Positions 9,291-18,109 of a DNA stretch of 64,000 nt are shown piece by piece; within the stretch, counting starts at the first letter, position 1, and each line of letters begins with the position of its first letter. Made by a program: the position numbers and the translations under genes. The stretch comes from a virus. The notes beneath the pieces were generated by a model that was not told the origin of the DNA, did no database searches, and saw only the letters and a list, made by a program, of their open reading frames with translations. Location of the stretch: the IMG/VR virus record IMGVR_UViG_3300049448_000712, one strand, 5' to 3'.

Positions 9291-9562
9291 TGCTCATGTA
9301 CATGCGCATCGAGGGCAACAAGCGGGAGCTCAACGCGCGCGGGCGGCGGCTCGCCGATCTCGTTTCCGGTCGCGTCTCCTTCTCGAACAAGCAGAAGCGC
9401 AACGGGCTCCACATCTCCGGCGACGGGCTCGTGATGGCAGTTGACCTGCTGCGCTCTCAACTGATGTGGACTGCAGCTGCAGCGCTCATCGACGCGTACG
9501 GCTTCAAAGAGAAAGAGTTCACCGAGGCCGAGTATGCGGCCGACTGCCTGGAGCGGAGATGA
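9290..9562 (+). CDS. hypothetical protein
   Basis: ORF in the operon. Confidence 0.4.
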   Translation: MLMYMRIEGNKRELNARGRRLADLVSGRVSFSNKQKRNGLHISGDGLVMAVDLLRSQLMWTAAAALIDAYGFKEKEFTEAEYAADCLERR

Positions 9563-9888
9563 CGGTTCCAGCGCTGAAGAAGGGTGTCATCCGTCACGTA
9601 GTGCAGTTGAGCCACGACATCACGGTCTACCAGCGAACGTGTGACTTCTGTGATGCGCTGACCCCACTGCCGACGGTGGAGCAGCTTGACGCCGCGACCA
9701 TTGCGGCGAACACGCGGGGCCTCGGAGCAATGGTTCCGAGCATCGCGGACGAGACGGGCTCCGAACAGGGGTACGCGCCGTTCGGTCGCAATTGCCTGTT
9801 CCGGCTGGTGGGGTGGGAGCTCTTCAACAAGAAATGGGCCTGCCCGGAGTGCGTCTCACGGGCGCAGAAAGCACTGGAGAAAAAATGA
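9559..9888 (+). CDS. hypothetical protein with Cys pairs (possible Zn-binding)
   Basis: CDFC...CPEC motifs; ATG 9559. Confidence 0.4.
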   Translation: MTVPALKKGVIRHVVQLSHDITVYQRTCDFCDALTPLPTVEQLDAATIAANTRGLGAMVPSIADETGSEQGYAPFGRNCLFRLVGWELFNKKWACPECVSRAQKALEKK

Positions 9889-10769
9889 TCATCGGGCTGA
9901 TGGGGCAGAAGCGCGTCGGTAAGGACACGGCCGGCGCCGTCATTGCGGCCGAGCTCGGAGGCTCCGTGATGGCTTGGGCCGATCCGATCAAGCGGTGGTG
10001 CATGCTCGCGTTGAATCTCAACGAGGAGCAGCTCTGGGGCAAAGCGAAGGAGAAGCCACTTACGAAGCCCTGGCTTAAGTCGTGGTCGAAAAAGACGGCG
10101 TGGCTCAAGCCGCGCGACATCGGGCCACTTCCGCCTTGGGCCGACTACCTCGCCGACGCCTGCTGCGTCCCGCCGCATCAGCGAGGCATCGTCGGCAGCC
10201 GTGCTTACGCGACGCTCCGGTGGTGGGTGAACGACGACATCAATCGCGAGATGTGCGTGTGGTGGGAGGGCCTTCGCGTCGAGCCCGGCCTCACCCCGCG
10301 GCGGGTGATGCAGCACTTCGGCACCGAGTTCGTTCGGCGTCGACTTGGGCCCACGTTCTGGATCGACCAGGGGCTACGCATCGCCGACACGCTGCTCAAG
10401 GGCGGCTTTCGCTACACGCCGGCCCAGGGGCTCATCGCCAACGAGAAGTCGATGATGAACGCGGCCGTCTTCACCGACGTGCGTTTCCGCAACGAGGTGC
10501 TCGCGCTGCGACGAGTTGGCGCGCTCATCTATGGCATCGAGCGCCCCATCACATACGCGCTGCACCCGGAGTCGAAGACCTCCGTCATGGTGAAGGCGGG
10601 CAAGGAGAAGATCCTCCTCCACGCCAGCGAGCAAGAGCAGCTCAGCGTGCCGCAGTTCTGGCTCGACGGGCGCTTCATCAACCGGTTCGGCTCGAAGGAA
10701 GAGTTCGAGCACACCGTGCGGTATGTGGCTCGGCATCGCATCGCGACTCGGGGACCGGTGGTCTACTGA
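9885..10769 (+). CDS. deoxynucleoside monophosphate kinase (phage dNMP kinase-like)
   Basis: N-terminal MIIGLMGQKRVGKDT matches the dNMP kinase P-loop (GxxGxGKDT). Confidence 0.6.
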   Translation: MIIGLMGQKRVGKDTAGAVIAAELGGSVMAWADPIKRWCMLALNLNEEQLWGKAKEKPLTKPWLKSWSKKTAWLKPRDIGPLPPWADYLADACCVPPHQRGIVGSRAYATLRWWVNDDINREMCVWWEGLRVEPGLTPRRVMQHFGTEFVRRRLGPTFWIDQGLRIADTLLKGGFRYTPAQGLIANEKSMMNAAVFTDVRFRNEVLALRRVGALIYGIERPITYALHPESKTSVMVKAGKEKILLHASEQEQLSVPQFWLDGRFINRFGSKEEFEHTVRYVARHRIATRGPVVY

Positions 10770-11152
10770 TGGGCACCAACTACTACCTCGTCAAGCCCGA
10801 GGAGCGCTGCGCGGCGTGCGGCACCGTGCTGGGCCACGACAACAACACGTACCTGCACATCGGTAAGAGCTCGGGCGGCTGGCACTTCTGTTTCGACGGC
10901 CGAAAGCACAAGACCGTCGAGGAGTGGCGGGCGTTCATCGACAAGTGGATCTCTGAGGGCGGGTGGATCGCCGACGAGTACCAGCGCGACTACGTCAGCG
11001 ACGATGATCCGCAGAAGACGCGCCCCGAGCAGTTCTGGGAGATGGTCGAGGCCAAGCGGAAGGCGCCGGGGTGCCAGGCGAAGTACAGCAGCCACTGGCA
11101 CAAGACGGTCTGCGTCAACGGCGTCGACTTCAATGACCATTCGTTTTCTTGA
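10769..11152 (+). CDS. hypothetical protein
   Basis: ATG overlaps the upstream TGA. Confidence 0.45.
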   Translation: MGTNYYLVKPEERCAACGTVLGHDNNTYLHIGKSSGGWHFCFDGRKHKTVEEWRAFIDKWISEGGWIADEYQRDYVSDDDPQKTRPEQFWEMVEAKRKAPGCQAKYSSHWHKTVCVNGVDFNDHSFS

Positions 11153-11187
11153 CGTGGAGCTCGCGCGTCCTAACAGAGGGGTTGTCG

Positions 11188-11304
11188 ATGAACGTTTTGT
11201 ACGGCGTGTTGTTGTTCGGAGGGCTCGTCGTTGGTGGGCTCTGCGTGGCTTGGTGGCTGCGCAGGGCGCAGCTGCGCGAGCTCGAGCGGAGGGACAATGG
11301 GTAA
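11188..11304 (+). CDS. small membrane protein (~38 aa)
   Basis: MNVLYGVLLFGGLVVGGLCVAWWL forms a single TM helix. Confidence 0.3.
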   Translation: MNVLYGVLLFGGLVVGGLCVAWWLRRAQLRELERRDNG

Positions 11305-11530
11305 GATCGTCGAGGTGAAGCGCTTCCTGCTCCGGCTCGTCGGAGCCGTGGTACTGGGCGCGCTATGCATCGGACCGGTCCCGCGGCTGTTGAATGCGCG
11401 GGACTCTTTTCTGAACGCCATCGGGCTGTTCATCGTCGTCACGGCGTTTCTGTTTCTGGCGACTGTCGGTTTCGAGGAATTTCGGAAGTGGTACTTCAAG
11501 AAGGACAAAGAGGGAGGAAACAAACAATGA
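11297..11530 (+). CDS. small membrane protein
   Basis: Two hydrophobic segments. Confidence 0.4.
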   Translation: MGKIVEVKRFLLRLVGAVVLGALCIGPVPRLLNARDSFLNAIGLFIVVTAFLFLATVGFEEFRKWYFKKDKEGGNKQ

Positions 11531-12540
11531 AGACGTTCCTGGCGGTACTGGTGTTGGCGAGCTCGGCGTGCACCTGCGGCAAGGTGGACCCAGGTCACGT
11601 GGGCGTCGTGGTGCCGCTGAGCGGCGATGACAAGGGGAAGCTCGAGACGACGAGCAACGGCTGGTACTTCTACTCGTTCAACACGAACGTGTACGAGTTC
11701 CCGGTCTACAACCAGCAGCACAACTGGACCGCATCGCTCGCCGAGGGCAAGCACGGAGTCGACGAGCGGCTGTACTTCGGCGACAAGAACGGTCTGCGGC
11801 TGGGCGCCGACATCGGCGTGCAGTTCCACGTGCCGGCCGACAAGGTGACGCTGCTGTTCAAGACCTACCGCCAGGACCTCGACACCATCCGCGACTCGGT
11901 GCTGAAGATGAGCGTGCGCAACGCGCTGAGCATCACGGCGCAGAACTACACCGCCGAGGAGATCTTCGGCGATAAGCGCGGCGAGTTCTTCGCGAAGGCG
12001 CTTGATCACGTGAAGGAGGAGATGTCGCCGAACGGCATGGAGGTGACGAACCTCTACTTGAACGGCGAGCTCGAGCTCCCTGAGCAGATCAAGGCGACCA
12101 TCCAGGCGAAGCTCCAGGCCACGATGATCGCCCAGCAGAAAGAGAACGAGAAGCGAGCTGTAGAAGCCGAGGCCGCGAAGACTGTCGCTGCAGCGAAGGG
12201 CGTCGCCGAGGCCCAGGTGGCGACCGCCGAGGGTCAGGCCAAGACGGACATCGCCAAGGCCAACGGCGAAGCTGCAGCGTTGGTCGCCGCTGCCAAGGGC
12301 CGCGCTGACGCGCGTGTGCTCGAAGCGACGGCGGAGGCGGCGGCGAACCAGAAGATTGCGGCGAGCCTGACCGGGCCGATCCTCGACTTGAAGAAGCTCG
12401 AGATCGCGGCCGGCGTGCAGAAGGCCTACGCCGCGAAGTGGACGGGCGGAGTTCCGACCACCGTGCTCCCGTCGCAGGCGAACGGGTTTCTGATGGACAT
12501 GCGCGGCATGGACTTGAAGACCGCGCAGGCGTCAAAGTGA
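11527..12540 (+). CDS. SPFH/band-7 (prohibitin/HflK-like) domain lipoprotein
   Basis: Signal peptide MKTFLAVLVLASSAC with a lipobox Cys. The body is band-7-like, followed by an Ala/Glu-rich coiled coil. Confidence 0.65.
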   Translation: MKTFLAVLVLASSACTCGKVDPGHVGVVVPLSGDDKGKLETTSNGWYFYSFNTNVYEFPVYNQQHNWTASLAEGKHGVDERLYFGDKNGLRLGADIGVQFHVPADKVTLLFKTYRQDLDTIRDSVLKMSVRNALSITAQNYTAEEIFGDKRGEFFAKALDHVKEEMSPNGMEVTNLYLNGELELPEQIKATIQAKLQATMIAQQKENEKRAVEAEAAKTVAAAKGVAEAQVATAEGQAKTDIAKANGEAAALVAAAKGRADARVLEATAEAAANQKIAASLTGPILDLKKLEIAAGVQKAYAAKWTGGVPTTVLPSQANGFLMDMRGMDLKTAQASK

Positions 12541-12884
12541 TGGACGCCGAGCGGATTGCGGAGGTCTGCCACGAGGCGAATCGAGTGCTGACTCGGTTCG
12601 CGGGCGACGTGCCCGTGCAGGCACCGTGGGCGAGCATCGACGAGGACATGCGGCAGTCGAGCATCAAGGGCGTTCGGTTCACGCTCGAGAACCCGGATGT
12701 CACCCCGGAGGAGCTTCATGAGGCGTGGTGTGCGGAGCGCCGCTCTCAGGGTTGGGTGTTCGGTGAGACGAAGGATGCCGAGAAGAAAAGGCACCCGGCG
12801 CTGCGTCCATTTGCGGAGTTGCCCGAGGGCACTCGCATCAAAGACGCAGTGTTCCGCGCGGTCGTGAAAGCGCTATCGCCATGA
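12540..12884 (+). CDS. RyR-domain protein
   Basis: HEAWCAERRSQGWVFGETKDAEKKRHPALRPFAELPEGTRIKD matches the RyR domain consensus (GW.yG...D...K.hP.l.pf.eLpe). Confidence 0.5.
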   Translation: MDAERIAEVCHEANRVLTRFAGDVPVQAPWASIDEDMRQSSIKGVRFTLENPDVTPEELHEAWCAERRSQGWVFGETKDAEKKRHPALRPFAELPEGTRIKDAVFRAVVKALSP

Positions 12885-13090
12885 CCAGCGAGTTCGATGT
12901 GGTGCTGAAGGTCAAGGCCGACGGGGGCTACTTCACCTCTCGCGCGATGCTGCACGAGCGAGGCTCGTCGGAGTCTTCGCCGATCGGTTCGACGGGCGAA
13001 TGCACGTCGCGCGAACGCTCGACCGCCGTGTCTTATGCGCTGACCGAGCTGGCCACGCTGCTCGATCGCGGTGCGATCAAACTGCCATGA
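12881..13090 (+). CDS. hypothetical protein
   Basis: ORF in the operon. Confidence 0.4.
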   Translation: MTSEFDVVLKVKADGGYFTSRAMLHERGSSESSPIGSTGECTSRERSTAVSYALTELATLLDRGAIKLP

Positions 13091-13368
13091 GTTGGGCGAA
13101 AGACTGGCCAGACGAGCGGGTCGATCCGTGCTTCGAGAAGCTCAAGCGGGCGCTCGATGTGAGGTGGTGCTTGGATCCAGCGGCGTCCGGTCCTCGAGCT
13201 CGGGCGTTCCTCGGTGACTATGAGCTCGTCATCTACCTCGAAGACGGCGCGTGGTACCTGCATCGAGAAGGTGATCAGGTCGCTGGCGGAGCCAACACGG
13301 AGACCTTCGACGTCGGCATGAAGCGGCTCGTCGCGGTCTACAAGGCCTTCATCGCGACGGATCCGTAG
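13087..13368 (+). CDS. hypothetical protein
   Basis: ATG overlaps the upstream stop. This is the last gene before the terminator. Confidence 0.45.
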   Translation: MSWAKDWPDERVDPCFEKLKRALDVRWCLDPAASGPRARAFLGDYELVIYLEDGAWYLHREGDQVAGGANTETFDVGMKRLVAVYKAFIATDP

Positions 13369-13377
13369 ACAAGAAGA

Positions 13378-13412
13378 AGCCCCCTCGCTCCATGGCCGGG
13401 CGCGAGGGGGCT
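13378..13412. terminator. bidirectional rho-independent-type terminator between convergent genes
   Basis: Perfect 11-bp stem AGCCCCCTCGC / GCGAGGGGGCT with a 13-nt loop. Confidence 0.6.
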
Positions 13413-13433
13413 CTCGACGGGAACGAAGCCGTC

Positions 13434-13685
13434 TTACTGGATGATGCTGTGCGGCATCTGCACTTCGATGTCGACGCCGATGGTGTCTCCCAGCGCGCCG
13501 AACGTGACGACGTTCGTGCCCAGCGTCAGGATGCCCGGCACGGCGGTCATCGACGCCGTCGCGTTGTGCTGGAAGATGCGAGCCACCATCGAAGCCGGCG
13601 TCGCCGACAGGTTGTGAGTGAACGTCAGAGCCAGCAGCTTTGAGATCGACTGGTTGATGGCCCAAGTGTAGTACGCGCCCATGTG
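13434..13685 (-). CDS. hypothetical protein (83 aa)
   Basis: Strong RBS AAGGAG 6 nt before the ATG. Sole leftward gene between the terminator and the divergent promoter. Confidence 0.5.
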   Translation of the reverse strand, partial: HMGAYYTWAINQSISKLLALTFTHNLSATPASMVARIFQHNATASMTAVPGILTLGTNVVTFGALGDTIGVDIEVQMPHSIIQ

Positions 13686-13811
13686 AAGCTCCTTTTGGCC
13701 CCAAGGGCCGAGTGAAGCTCTACCGTACCGAAACAGATTGCGTTTGAGAGCGGGTTGTTGGTCGATTTCTATTACAAACCGGTTACAGTGTGATAGTTGG
13801 CCGCCCCCGGC

Positions 13812-13988
13812 ATGCGCAAGCCTCCAAAGCTCATCTCGAAGACGGTGCGGTTCTTCGCCGATGACGTCGAAGAGCTCCAGAAGCTCGCCTTCGCGAAGCG
13901 CTCGAAGTGGCAGACCGAGCTCCGACACCTGGTGCACCGTGCGCTCGGGGATCAAAAACGACTCGCAGCAGGAGGCATCATCAGATGA
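13812..13988 (+). CDS. ribbon-helix-helix (CopG/Arc-like) regulator
   Basis: N-terminal beta-strand KTVRFFADDVEEL followed by two helices. Confidence 0.5.
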   Translation: MRKPPKLISKTVRFFADDVEELQKLAFAKRSKWQTELRHLVHRALGDQKRLAAGGIIR

Positions 13989-14653
13989 GCAACCCGGAGG
14001 GGGAGCTGTCAGTCATAGAGCAGATGTACCGCCAGGCGTGCGAGACGCCCTCGGACATCAACGAGCACTTGCCGCTGCTGCGCGAGCTCGCCTCGAAGTG
14101 CAAGCACGTCACCGAGTTCGGCATGCGCTGGGCGAACGGCAGCACTATCGCCTTCCTCGCCGCGCAGCCCGAGACGTTCATCTCCTGGGACCTCGATCCG
14201 CAAAGCGTCGTCTCGCAGCAAGTGTTCAACCTCGTTCAATCTCGGGGCAAGACGGCCTTCCAGCCGCGCTGCGGCGACACGTTGAAGATCTCCCCCATCG
14301 AGAGCACGGATCTGCTCTTCATCGACACGCTGCACACGGGGAGGCAACTCTTCGCCGAGCTCTGTCGGCATGCCGAGCCCAGGCGCTCGCCACTGCCGGT
14401 GCGGAAGTACCTCGTGTTCCACGACACGGAGACGTTCCGCTACATCGGCGAAGACGGTCAGCCAGGCGGGCTCGTCGATGCGATCCGCGAGTTTCAGGAG
14501 CACTTCGCTTTCCCGCACTGGGTGCTGATCGAGGATCGGAAGAACAACAACGGCCTCGCGGTGATCAAGCACATCTGCGCCGATGGGCACAGCCCCCAGC
14601 GCGTCAACAGCCACTGCGTCAACTGCGCCACCGTTCCCCCGGAGGGCGAGTGA
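13985..14653 (+). CDS. class I SAM-dependent methyltransferase (Methyltransf_24-like)
   Basis: SDINEHLPLLRELA...VTEFGMRWANGSTIAFLAA...LLFIDTLH. ATG overlaps the upstream stop. Confidence 0.5.
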   Translation: MSNPEGELSVIEQMYRQACETPSDINEHLPLLRELASKCKHVTEFGMRWANGSTIAFLAAQPETFISWDLDPQSVVSQQVFNLVQSRGKTAFQPRCGDTLKISPIESTDLLFIDTLHTGRQLFAELCRHAEPRRSPLPVRKYLVFHDTETFRYIGEDGQPGGLVDAIREFQEHFAFPHWVLIEDRKNNNGLAVIKHICADGHSPQRVNSHCVNCATVPPEGE

Positions 14654-15483
14654 GCGATACGACCGAGCTGTACTTGAGCCTGCTCAAGGAAGCGCTGATG
14701 GGCACGATCTACCGGGACCCACCCGTAGACCCGTGGAACGGCATCGTGAAGAACGACAAGGGCGAGGTGGTTAAGTGGGGCCGCGCGCCTGGGGTGCTGT
14801 CCATCGAAGCCGGGCCGTACAACGAGACGATGCGAGTCAAGGGTCTCGACTGGCCCGCCACTGCGCACACGATGATCGGACGACAGAGGCTCGGCGAGCT
14901 GGAGCGCGCGTGCATGGAGGTTCTGCGCGACGGCGTACCGGGCGACTTCGTGGAGACCGGTGTGTGGCGTGGTGGCGCGTGCATCTTCATGGCGGGGCTG
15001 CTGCGCGCGATGCAGTCACCTGACGACGTCCTACGCCGCGTCTTCGTATGTGACTCGTTCGAGGGCCTGCCTCCGCCGAACGTGCAGAAGTACCCGTACG
15101 ACAAGAACGACATCCACTACATGGTTGCGCCGCTCTTGGCTGTGAGCGTGGATCAGGTGCAGGACAATTTCAGGCGGTACGGCCTGCTCGACGAGCGCAT
15201 TGTTTTCGTCAAGGGCTGGTTCAAAGACACGCTGCCCGATCTCGACACGAACCACATTGCGCTGCTTCGGCTAGACGGCGACATGTACGAGAGCACGTGG
15301 GACGCGTTGACCGCGCTGTACTCGAGGGTCTCTCCAGGCGGATGCGTGGTCGTCGATGACTACAACGCAGTGAGAGGATGTCAGAAAGCGGTGCATGCTT
15401 TTCTGGACCAGATCGGCCTGAGTCCTTCCGTTCTTGAAGTGTTCGACAACGGCGGTGCCCATTGGAGAAAGAGCGCAACATGA
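14650..15483 (+). CDS. TylF/MycF-family (macrocin-type) O-methyltransferase
   Basis: ETGVWRGGACIFMAGLL...CDSFEGLP...GWFKDTLP...LLRLDGDMYESTWDAL...VSPGGCVVVDDY matches the TylF family core. GTG start overlaps the upstream TGA. Confidence 0.8.
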   Translation: MSDTTELYLSLLKEALMGTIYRDPPVDPWNGIVKNDKGEVVKWGRAPGVLSIEAGPYNETMRVKGLDWPATAHTMIGRQRLGELERACMEVLRDGVPGDFVETGVWRGGACIFMAGLLRAMQSPDDVLRRVFVCDSFEGLPPPNVQKYPYDKNDIHYMVAPLLAVSVDQVQDNFRRYGLLDERIVFVKGWFKDTLPDLDTNHIALLRLDGDMYESTWDALTALYSRVSPGGCVVVDDYNAVRGCQKAVHAFLDQIGLSPSVLEVFDNGGAHWRKSAT

Positions 15484-16835
15484 TCGAAGCATCGAAGCCG
15501 AACGAACCGTTGGTCGACATCGTGATGCTGGTGCACGACCAAGCGAGCTGGGCCGACCTGGCGATCCGCGCCGTCGAGCACCACACGAAGAACCGCTACC
15601 GGCTGATCATCGTCGACATGGCGAGTCAGGAGCAGAAGACGAAGAATCTGCTCATCACGGCGCAGAGCAACGGGCACACCGTCGTGTGGCTCAACGAGAA
15701 CCGCTCCTTCTCGAACGGCGTCAACGCGGGTGTGCGCGCTGGCAGCGCGAAGTACATCGTGCTCCTCAACGATGACGCGCTCGTGACCGAGGGCTGGGAC
15801 ACGGCGATGCTGCAGGACTGCAGCGAGAAGGGCGTGGGGCTCGTCGGAGCTCGCAGCAACTACGCCTCCGGCGCGCAGGGCGACCCGAGCTTCGTCGGCG
15901 AGCCGCCGTTCCTCGTCTTCGTCTGCGTGGGCCTGCGGCGCGAGGTCTGGAACCACGTCGGGCCGATGGACGAGGAGACCTTCGATGGCTTCAGCTCCGA
16001 AGACCTCGACTACTCCTGGCGGGTGAAGAAGGCCGACCTGCGGCTTAAGGTGAGCAACGCGTACGTGCTCCACGCCGGCAGCCGCACCATCGCGTCGAAG
16101 CACACGACGCCCGAGGCCCAGGAGCGCAACAACCGGAAGTACAACGAGCGGCTGGTGAAGAAATGGGGCGAGGAGTGGTGCCAGCAGAAGTTGAAGCTGA
16201 AGCCGAAGATCCTCGTCTGCTCGTTCCACGCGGAGGAGCACACCCGCGTCGCGTTCCTCGCGAACCTCGTGATGCTCCGTAAGACGGGCGGGCTGCCGTT
16301 CGACTACCACCAGATGACGCGCATGCACATTCAGGTGGCGCGGCAGCTCGTGTGCGATCTCGCGATCGACAACGACTACGACGCGCTGTTCATGCTGGAC
16401 GACGACGGCACGTTCCCGCCCGACACCCTCGCGCGGCTCTACCGGCACGACAAGGAATGCGTCACGGCGCTCGCCTACCAGCGCTTCCCGCCGTACCAGC
16501 CCTGCATCTTCGACACGAACGAGGAGGGCATGGGGCGCCCGGTGGAGGGCGTCGAGAGCACGGGCCTGCGCGAGATCGGGGCCTCGGGCCTGCACTGCGC
16601 GATGATCCGCGTTCCGCTCATCAAGCGTATGCGCGAGGCGAAGATCTCGCACTTCTTCGGCGGCTTCGAGAACAAGTTCGGCGAGGACATCGCCTTCAGT
16701 GCCAACGTGAAGAAGGTCAACGGGAAGATCTACTGCGACACCGACTTCATCGCCGGCCACATCGGCAGCCCCATCGTGGTGAACGACGCGTTCCGCAAAG
16801 ACTGGATCGCGCGCGGCCGGCCGGGGCTCGGATGA
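15480..16835 (+). CDS. two-domain family-2 glycosyltransferase
   Basis: N-terminal GT-A domain (DIVMLVHDQ...IIVDMAS...VLLNDDALVTEGW) and a second GT-A-like domain (FMLDDDGTFPPDTL). Confidence 0.75.
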   Translation: MIEASKPNEPLVDIVMLVHDQASWADLAIRAVEHHTKNRYRLIIVDMASQEQKTKNLLITAQSNGHTVVWLNENRSFSNGVNAGVRAGSAKYIVLLNDDALVTEGWDTAMLQDCSEKGVGLVGARSNYASGAQGDPSFVGEPPFLVFVCVGLRREVWNHVGPMDEETFDGFSSEDLDYSWRVKKADLRLKVSNAYVLHAGSRTIASKHTTPEAQERNNRKYNERLVKKWGEEWCQQKLKLKPKILVCSFHAEEHTRVAFLANLVMLRKTGGLPFDYHQMTRMHIQVARQLVCDLAIDNDYDALFMLDDDGTFPPDTLARLYRHDKECVTALAYQRFPPYQPCIFDTNEEGMGRPVEGVESTGLREIGASGLHCAMIRVPLIKRMREAKISHFFGGFENKFGEDIAFSANVKKVNGKIYCDTDFIAGHIGSPIVVNDAFRKDWIARGRPGLG

Positions 16836-17407
16836 CCACCGTCACGCACCACGACGCCGCCTTCTTCAAGGAGCTGCCCGAAGGCGTGTCGGCCGGCGAA
16901 TGGAGCTACGGCAACCTCCGGGCGCTTCGTCAAGCTGGACCGTGGAAGCGCACCGACATGCGTGTCGGCAAGTTCTGCTCATTGGGCATGGGCTTCTGCG
17001 CGCTGCTGGGCAGCGAGCACAACACCGATTGGGTGTCGACGTACCCGTTCGCTATTGCCGGCCTGAGCGAGCACATCGAGGGACACCCGAAGACGTTCGG
17101 CGACATCGAGATCGGCAACGACGTGTGGGTCGGCATGAACGTCACCGTGTTCTCCGGCACGCGCGTCGGCGATGGAGCTGTCATCGCAGCTGGCTCGTAC
17201 CTGCGCGGCGATGTGCCCCCCTACTCCATCTACGGCGGCAACCCGGCCCGGCTGCTCTCGTTCAGGTTCCGGCCTGAGGTGATCCAGCGCCTGCAGCAGA
17301 TCGCCTGGTGGAACTGGCCCCTCGAGCGCATCAAGAAAGCGGTGCCGCTGCTCAGCCAGAAGAAGGTGGAGCTCTTCATCGAAGCGGTTGAGCGAGGTGA
17401 GCTTTGA
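16832..17407 (+). CDS. hexapeptide-repeat acetyltransferase, Vat/CatB (xenobiotic acetyltransferase) type
   Basis: GKFCSLGMGFCALLGSEHNTDWVSTYPF and a left-handed beta-helix repeat segment. Confidence 0.75.
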   Translation: MTTVTHHDAAFFKELPEGVSAGEWSYGNLRALRQAGPWKRTDMRVGKFCSLGMGFCALLGSEHNTDWVSTYPFAIAGLSEHIEGHPKTFGDIEIGNDVWVGMNVTVFSGTRVGDGAVIAAGSYLRGDVPPYSIYGGNPARLLSFRFRPEVIQRLQQIAWWNWPLERIKKAVPLLSQKKVELFIEAVERGEL

Positions 17408-17628
17408 GCCCGGAAGACTTCGAGGAGCTCCAGGCGATCGTCGCCGAAGAGCTCGGCATCCCCTTTGAGGATTTGCGTACGACGACCGAGCTCGTCGGCG
17501 ACTCCCTGACGCTCACGGAGATCATTGTGCGCGTCGAGACGGAGTTCAGCATCCTCATCTCGGACGAAGAGTCGTCGAAGGTGAAGACGTTCATGGATCT
17601 GCACTCGCTGGTGGAGAGCAAGCGATGA
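17404..17628 (+). CDS. acyl/peptidyl carrier protein-like
   Basis: LVGDSLTLTEIIVRVETEF resembles the ACP DSL phosphopantetheine site in a four-helix context. TTG start overlaps the upstream stop. Confidence 0.5.
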   Translation: MSPEDFEELQAIVAEELGIPFEDLRTTTELVGDSLTLTEIIVRVETEFSILISDEESSKVKTFMDLHSLVESKR

Positions 17629-17849
17629 TCTGCTGGCTCATGGGTTGGCAGAAAGCAAAGGCCACTGAGCTTCCGCTCTGGAAGCCCGTCGTCTATGGCC
17701 AGCTGCCTGACCTTTTGCCGGGCGAGCCCTGCAAGCCGACGCTGGTGGCACCGCTGAAAGAGAACGTGACCTGCACGCGCTGCAGAGAGGCGTACGCGAA
17801 GCGCAACGAGACGCTGATCGACGCGTACCTCAAAGGACACGGGCGATGA
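17625..17849 (+). CDS. hypothetical protein
   Basis: ORF in the operon. Confidence 0.4.
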   Translation: MICWLMGWQKAKATELPLWKPVVYGQLPDLLPGEPCKPTLVAPLKENVTCTRCREAYAKRNETLIDAYLKGHGR

Positions 17850-18109
17850 CGAAGTTCACGCAGAAGTCGTTCACCGTCGGCGGCTCGAGCAAGGCGTACA
17901 GCGACAACTACGATTCGGTCTTCCGTCGAGAGCCTGAGCCTGCGCCTTCGGAGTGCAAGCCAGGCTTCGCGCTGCCCAAGGCCGACATTCACTACGGATC
18001 CGAGCTCAAGTACGTGTACACGGCCGGCGTGACGCACTCGAAGTTCAAAGCGGGCACTCGCGTCGAGGTCTACGAGTGCGTCGACTGCGGCGACCGGTGG
18101 GAAGTCTAA
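17846..18109 (+). CDS. hypothetical protein
   Basis: ORF in the operon; carries CVDCGD. Confidence 0.4.
   Translation: MTKFTQKSFTVGGSSKAYSDNYDSVFRREPEPAPSECKPGFALPKADIHYGSELKYVYTAGVTHSKFKAGTRVEVYECVDCGDRWEV

Noticed and set aside
10082-11152. 356-aa + ORF in an alternate frame spanning the dNMP kinase and the next gene
   Set aside because: Arg/His/Ala-rich junk translation. The kinase frame carries the GKDT P-loop.
15381-16760. 459-aa minus-strand ORF antisense to the GT2 glycosyltransferase
   Set aside because: The same antisense artefact: rich in R/V/L/A/E, with no motifs, and covering a well-supported GT2 gene.
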